DNA of 64,000 bases from Macrostomum lignano. Its lineage: Eukaryota. The DNA lies in the NCBI GenBank assembly GCA_002269645.1, contig NIVC01000255.1, positions 310,001 through 374,000 of the forward strand. The letters are read 5' to 3'. Below, piece by piece: positions 58,101 through 64,000 of the stretch; position 1 is the stretch's first letter, and every line of letters begins with the position of its first letter. The notes beneath the pieces were generated by a model. It ran no database searches, was not told where the DNA came from, and saw only the letters and a program-made list of their open reading frames with translations. A program made the translations under genes and the position numbers.

Positions 58101-60164
58101 GTTTATTTACCAATTTCATTTTGCTGTTTTTTTCTGGGAAACAAAATAATTTATATAATGCTGCGTTACTCTCATTTTTCTCTACTCTAATTTTTTACTA
58201 TATTACCATAAATCACTACGTTCTACTATTCATTACCCAGTTCCCAATTGGTAGTATTTACATTTTAATTACTATATTATCTTCTATTGCATATAACTGC
58301 GTACTATATTTTTTCCAGAGGCTGACATATAGCTCTACAATCCTGGTGCAAGTCAACCTTGCCGGAAGTGTGTTGCTAGGGAGACAACTGTGGTCCGGCA
58401 CAACCCATAGGAGAAGTTGGAAGCGCGTTGACTTGAAAATCGGCGGAATTTCGAAGCCGCTGGCTACGAAACGAGCCAATGCCTAACAGGATTTGGAGGC
58501 CGAAATAATTCCATTTCACCAAACAACAGGATAAATTAATATTCCCTAAGTGTCTATCTCTTGTTGCTCAAACTATCTAATTATATTTTATGCTATTCAC
58601 TTTCATGCTGCCCATTAATAAATTAATAAATAAATTGTTTATTGTGGCAGCCCAATCAGCAGGCAGCCAGCAATTGTGAGTACATCTGCACTGAAACCCC
58701 CTGCCCACCAAGCTGGGGGTGGGTGTACTCGGACAGACTGTCAATATGCTAAGTCGGAGGGGGGTCGTGCCACCTTTTTGGCGCACCTCCCTATGTGATC
58801 GCGAGCTTATTTATGCCTGACGCGTAAAGCTAATAAACTCTTACTTTTCTCGCTTGCAACTTCATTTTTCTGCAAGCCGCTAAATTTTATATATATTTAA
58901 AATTTAAATATTTAATACCTATATTTATTTCGTAGAGTGTTTGTATACCTTGCTTTGGCATAAGGATTAAAGAAACCTGCACGTTTCGTAATAGAATACT
59001 GAACTCTGAAATCAGCAGCTAGCTCAACTATAGTCGCAGTTTGAACAGAAGTCACGTGACAGTTGTGTCAGTCGGCAGGTGTTAATCAGCTACTTAATTT
59101 TGATTTTGATTTAGAGGGAGCTGACAGCACCCAGCCAAGGGCAGGGCCCCGGGAGGCTAGGGGAGAGGACAAGAGGATGAGACCATGATGCAACGCAGCA
59201 ACGGAAGGTCCACCGTATAGAGGTCTATTATTTCGCAAGGCCCGGGCCCCTCCGGCCAGTCAGGGAGCCTCGAGGCGGTCCCTTGTCGGTGGGGATGTGC
59301 TTCGCCGGCCACTACATAAAGGCGCCACTGATGATGGGAGCTGATCGGCTGCGAGCTACACAGATTGGCATGCCTAATCGAGCCACCCAGTGTGACTTTT
59401 TTATCTACACAGCTACTTAGTAAGCCATTGTCACTAATCTGATCTCCTTTCACCCTTACATTAACCAAGATTCACTCATCCACCATCCATCATATTAAAC
59501 TGAGCCAATTGTCATAGTAATATAGAACTCACATACTGTAGAATAGTTAGAAGCTAACAACTACACGGTTTGAGAAACTCACAGCATAAACAACAATAAC
59601 CAGTATATTAAGTATTAAAAAGGCACATTAATGCAAAACAACCGTATTGTAAGAAATTTTTGCACACAGCAAATACAACGAAAATGTAAAATTATAGTGT
59701 CCTTAGATTAAACTGCGATACACAGTTAGTCAAGTGAGAGTGCTGATCAGTTCGACTGAGGGTGCCTCTCAGCGGGGCGGGTGGCGACGCGGGCCGGTGA
59801 AATAAGCCAGAAGCTTCTCACGCCTGTACCAGCAGTCACAGCAAAAGCTGTTAGATCAGGCTCTACAAAGTTTGCCCGCCGGAACTATATTAAAGTGCTT
59901 AAGTATTTTACACATGACCCTTCATTTCACCGGAAACGTGTACCTTAACAAAATTATCTTCTTAAACGGGGGTGAAAAGCCAGGGGCTTGCCGCGGATCA
60001 GCCCGAAAGGGGGCTCTACCGCAGGGATCTATCAGTGGGCCATACTGCCAGGGGCATGTAGCCCGAGAGGCCACGATTGGGACCAGAGCTCAGGACTCTG
60101 GTGAGAGCAAGTGTATTGGTGCTACTAGCCCAAACCTACGGTACAAGACACCGCCAACCCAATA

Positions 60165-60638
60165 TTGGTGGAATCAGGGACGGTTCTAGGACCGAGTCCA
60201 CCCAGGCCACCACCCAGCAAACAAGTCCTCGGGAGTGCGCAGAAAAAATTGGAAAAAGCGAAAAAAGCTTGGGTTCTACTGAAAGAGGTCCGAGAGCGGG
60301 GAAACCCCGAAGTCTACGGAAATGGCTTAACTATTGGAGTGAGTCTGGAAGGCTTGTTTCCGAGGGCGAGTCTCCTATCAGGCAGGATATTGCTACTACC
60401 TATGGGGCTGCAAGCCACAAGGGTATCACTATATTGGAGGCCAGTCCAAGGGGTCGGGAAGGGGCACAATGAGCAAGAGGACCCGGACTCAGCCGGTATC
60501 CCCGATTCGGGACGAACTCATTCCCCAGGACACCAATCCACTGTCAGGATGGACCAAGGACAGCAGGATGGACCGGGCAGGGAGGGCAGAGCTCATAACT
60601 CCGGAAGATTAAAGCGGCATTTAAAGGCCTTACATTAA
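60165..60638 (+). CDS. Unknown ORF antisense to and downstream of the Gypsy pol (5' end missing or frameshifted)
   Basis: 157 open codons of ordinary complexity; AATAAA directly after the stop (60639-60644); no ATG. Confidence 0.35.
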   Translation: MVESGTVLGPSPPRPPPSKQVLGSAQKKLEKAKKAWVLLKEVRERGNPEVYGNGLTIGVSLEGLFPRASLLSGRILLLPMGLQATRVSLYWRPVQGVGKGHNEQEDPDSAGIPDSGRTHSPGHQSTVRMDQGQQDGPGREGRAHNSGRLKRHLKALH

Positions 60639-60754
60639 AATAAAACTGATAAAAACTGGGGATAAAAACAGGACGGAGGAGCACCTGAACCCTACTAGCA
60701 GGTGGGGGACCCTGCTACCCGGGGCTTAGCCTCAGGGCTGGCATCAACTGGGCT

Positions 60755-63700
60755 CTACCGTACACCTTCGTGAATGGTCATTCTTTTCTGCAGGGCGGGT
60801 ACGACCGGGGGGCTCAAGTCCCGTTCTAGCCACACTGCAGTCCAGAGTACACACTCACTCCAGGTACACCCCCCTAAACCAAGGCCGAGGGCCGAAATAA
60901 TTGGAATGAGAAATAGGGTTATTTTTAGAATGGGCACAGCCCCTCCGGGGCGACCCTTAGAAATTCGGCTAGCCGAAGCCAGGCCAATCGGAATGCGCAC
61001 AACCCTTAGACAAGCTACCAGAGAGGCAGCCAGGGTAAAAACAGATCTGGGTTCCGCGGCCGGGGCTGATGGGCCAACTTCCGGTGCGGCGACTGGGTTC
61101 GCAATAGGTTCGGGTGGCTCTATTGGCTCGGAGGCCGGCAGGGAAGAGTCCCCTAGGGAAGCTGTGTGGGGCGATTCCGAGCTATCTTGGCTGTGGCTGG
61201 TGTCAGTGTCGGTTCTGTCAGCGCTGGCTTGTCCTTCAATGGCTACAGCATCGCCGGCTTCGGCGATTGGCTGTCCCTCCCCAGCTCCAGCTCCCGCCTC
61301 TCCTCAGAAGCGCCTGAAGCTGGCGATAGTGGCTTAGGCCCTGACTCTCTGCTTGGGCTTCCTGGCCGGGCAGAGGGAGGTTGGGGAATGGTCACGAAGC
61401 TGGGCTCGTTTGTGGATTTGCTGTAGCTGGAGGAGCTGTCACTAGGTGATAAAGATCTTGCACGGGCTGCTTCACCATACATGTCAATCACATCTTGGTA
61501 GGTGGGCTGTCTGATGCACGGCTTGAGACGGTCAATATTGTAAATGTTGTGGCGTGGATTTGGCACCCGATCTGCTGGGTTTAGGAGGCCATACTCAGGG
61601 ACCAAGCGGTAGGTCCGCTCTGAGCAGCGCTGCACTACTCGGTATGGCCCCAACCACACAGCGGGTTCAATGCCCTTGTGATTTGGGTTTAAGACCCAGA
61701 CTAATTCCCCTTCGTGAAACTCAGCGCGGAGTGCGTGGCCGTCGTAATATCTCTTCTGCCTTTCTTGAACTTTGCCCCTAGTGCGTCGGGCTAAGGCAGA
61801 GACTTCGACTAAGGTGCGATGCAATTGGTGGGCATACCTCTCCGGCTGATACCAGTAGTACTTGTTGGCTGGTGGATTGTGACAAAGCTCTAATGGCAAT
61901 TCAAACTCACGGCCGAAGAAAAGCTTGGCTGGCGTAAACCCTGTGGACTCTGCCACTGTGGCACGAACTGACATGGCGGCCAGGCGGCTGGCAAGAGGCC
62001 AATCGCATTTCCTTTCAAGACAGATGGCCCTGATCTGTGCCTTCACCGTCTGAATCATTCTATCAGCCTTGCCATTAGCCTGAGGACGGCGTGCTGTGAT
62101 CCGGCCCATATCAACTTGTAAGAGCCTAGTCAGTTCTGCCATAGTGCTATTGATGAAGGCTGTCCCGTTGTCAGATACCAGCTGCTCCATCACACCATAC
62201 CGGGCTACCCATTCCGTCAGGATGGTAGTGGCGGTGGTCTCAGCACCGACATCGGGGACAGGAGTGACCTCGACAAACCCGGTGAACCGGTCGATCATGA
62301 CCAGCAGGTACTTGTACCCATCACATTCCTCGAATGGGCCTGCATGGTCCACATGAACAACCTGATTCGGGTAGCCGGACAGTTCTGGTCTTGAGCTTGC
62401 ACTTTGATTTCTTCGTCTTGGCGCAGACAGTGCACTCAGCAAGAACCCCTTTGACAATGGTATTTAAGTCGGAAATCGCGAAGCGTTCTTTCAGGGCGGA
62501 CATCGTCTTGGTGATGCCGCAGCGATTTAGCTGGCCTGATATTGGAGGACTAGGTGGCTGACATCCGCAGTTTCGGGCACTACTAGACGTCTGTTGGCTG
62601 TCTTGGCTTTTGTAGGCTTGACTAGGCACATGAGGCCTTCGATAACTTTGAGGTCGTAGAATCGAGCCCAGAGGGAGCGCATTTCTCGGCTGCAGCTCTG
62701 CAGCTCGGCCTTGGACAATGGCTCGGCCTTACGCTGGACACTGGCGAGTAAGCGCGCCATGTCAATGCAGGAGTCCTGGGCATTTTGGGCCCAGATGAGT
62801 TCAGGTGGTACTTGAGATTCTAATTCAGGTTCGAGGGATTCAGTCCTTGGACTGGGAACAGCACTACTAACAGCAGCGCGGGCATTTGTCGGCGGCTTGG
62901 CCAAAGTGACTTTTGGCGCCTCCTTGGGCACCGGGGTTGGCTTTGGACTGGCTGGCTGTGATGGTGGGAGGCTGCTATCGGCGTCCGTCTGGCACGCGAC
63001 ACTTTTGCCCGTGTTCTTGACGCTCACCTGTCGCAATTCCCCAGTTGGCGAGTTTCGACGCGACGCGCCTTAGGGTCTTGATCCAGGAATTTCCTCTTGA
63101 ATTACGGAATTTGACTACACGTCGGGCAGTTGAAGTGGTCAGCTCTGAATTTTGGTAGCCTACTGAGAGCGTTAGCCGGCACATAATCAACGCCTGGACG
63201 GTACTGGACTGTGAAATCATACTCTGGGATTCGTTCCAGAGTGGACTGTTGGACTTTCAGTGGGTAGAGCTCGATAGTGGCAAGCCATTGGGCCAGCATA
63301 CCGGTGGCATGCTTCTTTGCGTGCAGCCATTTGAGCGCAGCTGCGTCTACCCGGACAGTAAAAGGCTTATCCAGCAGATAAGGACGGAAGTGTTCCAGCA
63401 TTAGGACGAGCCCTATCAACTCCCTCATGGTGGCGCAGTAGTTTCTCTGACTACTATTGAATTTCTTGGAAGCGTAGGCTATGACTTGCTCTTGGCCATC
63501 TGTCCCCAGCTGATACAGCACACCCCCTGTGCCATCTAGCGAGCTATCGCAATCCAAGATAAATTCGCAACCCTTGGCAGAGAGGTCTGGATATGCCAGT
63601 GGCCTCAGCAAGGCTATCAAAGGATTCCTCGATGAGTGGCAGAGGGAAGCTTCACGGCTTGATGAGCTTGTTGACAGCCCTGTAGTCTATGCAAAGGCGT

Positions 63701-64000
63701 TGAGTGCCATCCTTCTTTTTGACTAGAACGATGGGCTACACCCAGTCGGAGTCACATTCTTCGATGACCCCCTGCTCGAGCATCTGGGCTACATGTTGAT
63801 CTAGAAACTCCTTTTGAGCTGCTTTTGAAGGCAGGTCCTTGCGGGGAGAGTTTTACTCTCGGCAGCAGGGTCGACGTAAAGAATAGAGGTGCGAGTCACT
63901 GAGGATTTCTTATCAGGCATCTCCCTTCCTAGCACTTCCATTCTGCACAGACGCCCGTCCGTGTCACTGCACCCTGCCAGTGTAGTGTCTTAGGGTTGTT
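60755..64000 (-). mobile_element. pol: Ty3/Gypsy LTR-retrotransposon pol pseudogene: RT N-terminus, RNase H, Zn-finger/integrase, long C-terminal tail; LTRs not located
   Basis: RT: QMLEQGVIE...PIVLVKKKDGTQRLCIDYRAVNK...FPLPLIEE. RNase H: LAYPD..FILDCDSS..G.GGVLYQ..VIAYAS..QRNY..RE. Integrase: VHVDHAGP..LLVMIDRFT..LVSDNG..PQANGKADR. Stops and frameshifts are present. Confidence 0.92.

Noticed and set aside
58570-59500. 3' LTR of the Gypsy element
   Set aside because: No convincing PPT/TG...CA boundary, and the 5' LTR is outside the window for comparison.

Overview
Repeat-dense eukaryotic DNA, probably from an invertebrate animal (spliced-gene signals, TTAGGG tracts). It is built almost entirely from nested mobile elements. 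I see no rRNA, tRNA or CRISPR array and no clearly intact host gene. The centrepiece is a complete 10.4-kb EnSpm/CACTA-type (CMC superfamily) DNA transposon at 21569-32016. It has CCCGG...CCGGG termini, a TAA target duplication and ~800-bp inverted subterminal arrays. It carries four co-oriented minus-strand genes: a Transposase_21-like DDE transposase with one in-frame stop, a Zn-finger/repeat protein, a protein ending in a gaplessly alignable CtIP/Sae2 C-terminal domain (CxxC + RHR), and a coiled-coil/BEN-domain protein. A 14-bp palindrome, GAGCC-N4-GGCTC, occurs 11 times inside this element, always in frame as EPxGS when coding, and I did not see it elsewhere in the window. An identical 59-bp module lies ~230 nt behind two of its genes. 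The element sits inside a satellite carried by a non-autonomous Helitron. The window also contains several more Lep1-like Helitrons with 23-bp satellite cargo, a decayed Polinton/Maverick pPolB with a divergent PC4-like ORF, a mini Tc1 (DD34E), a LINE 3' remnant, an OTU-protease exon, a cluster of decayed orphan ORFs (53-58.5 kb) and a Ty3/Gypsy pol lacking its RT core. All domain calls come from motifs recalled from memory; no database search was run.
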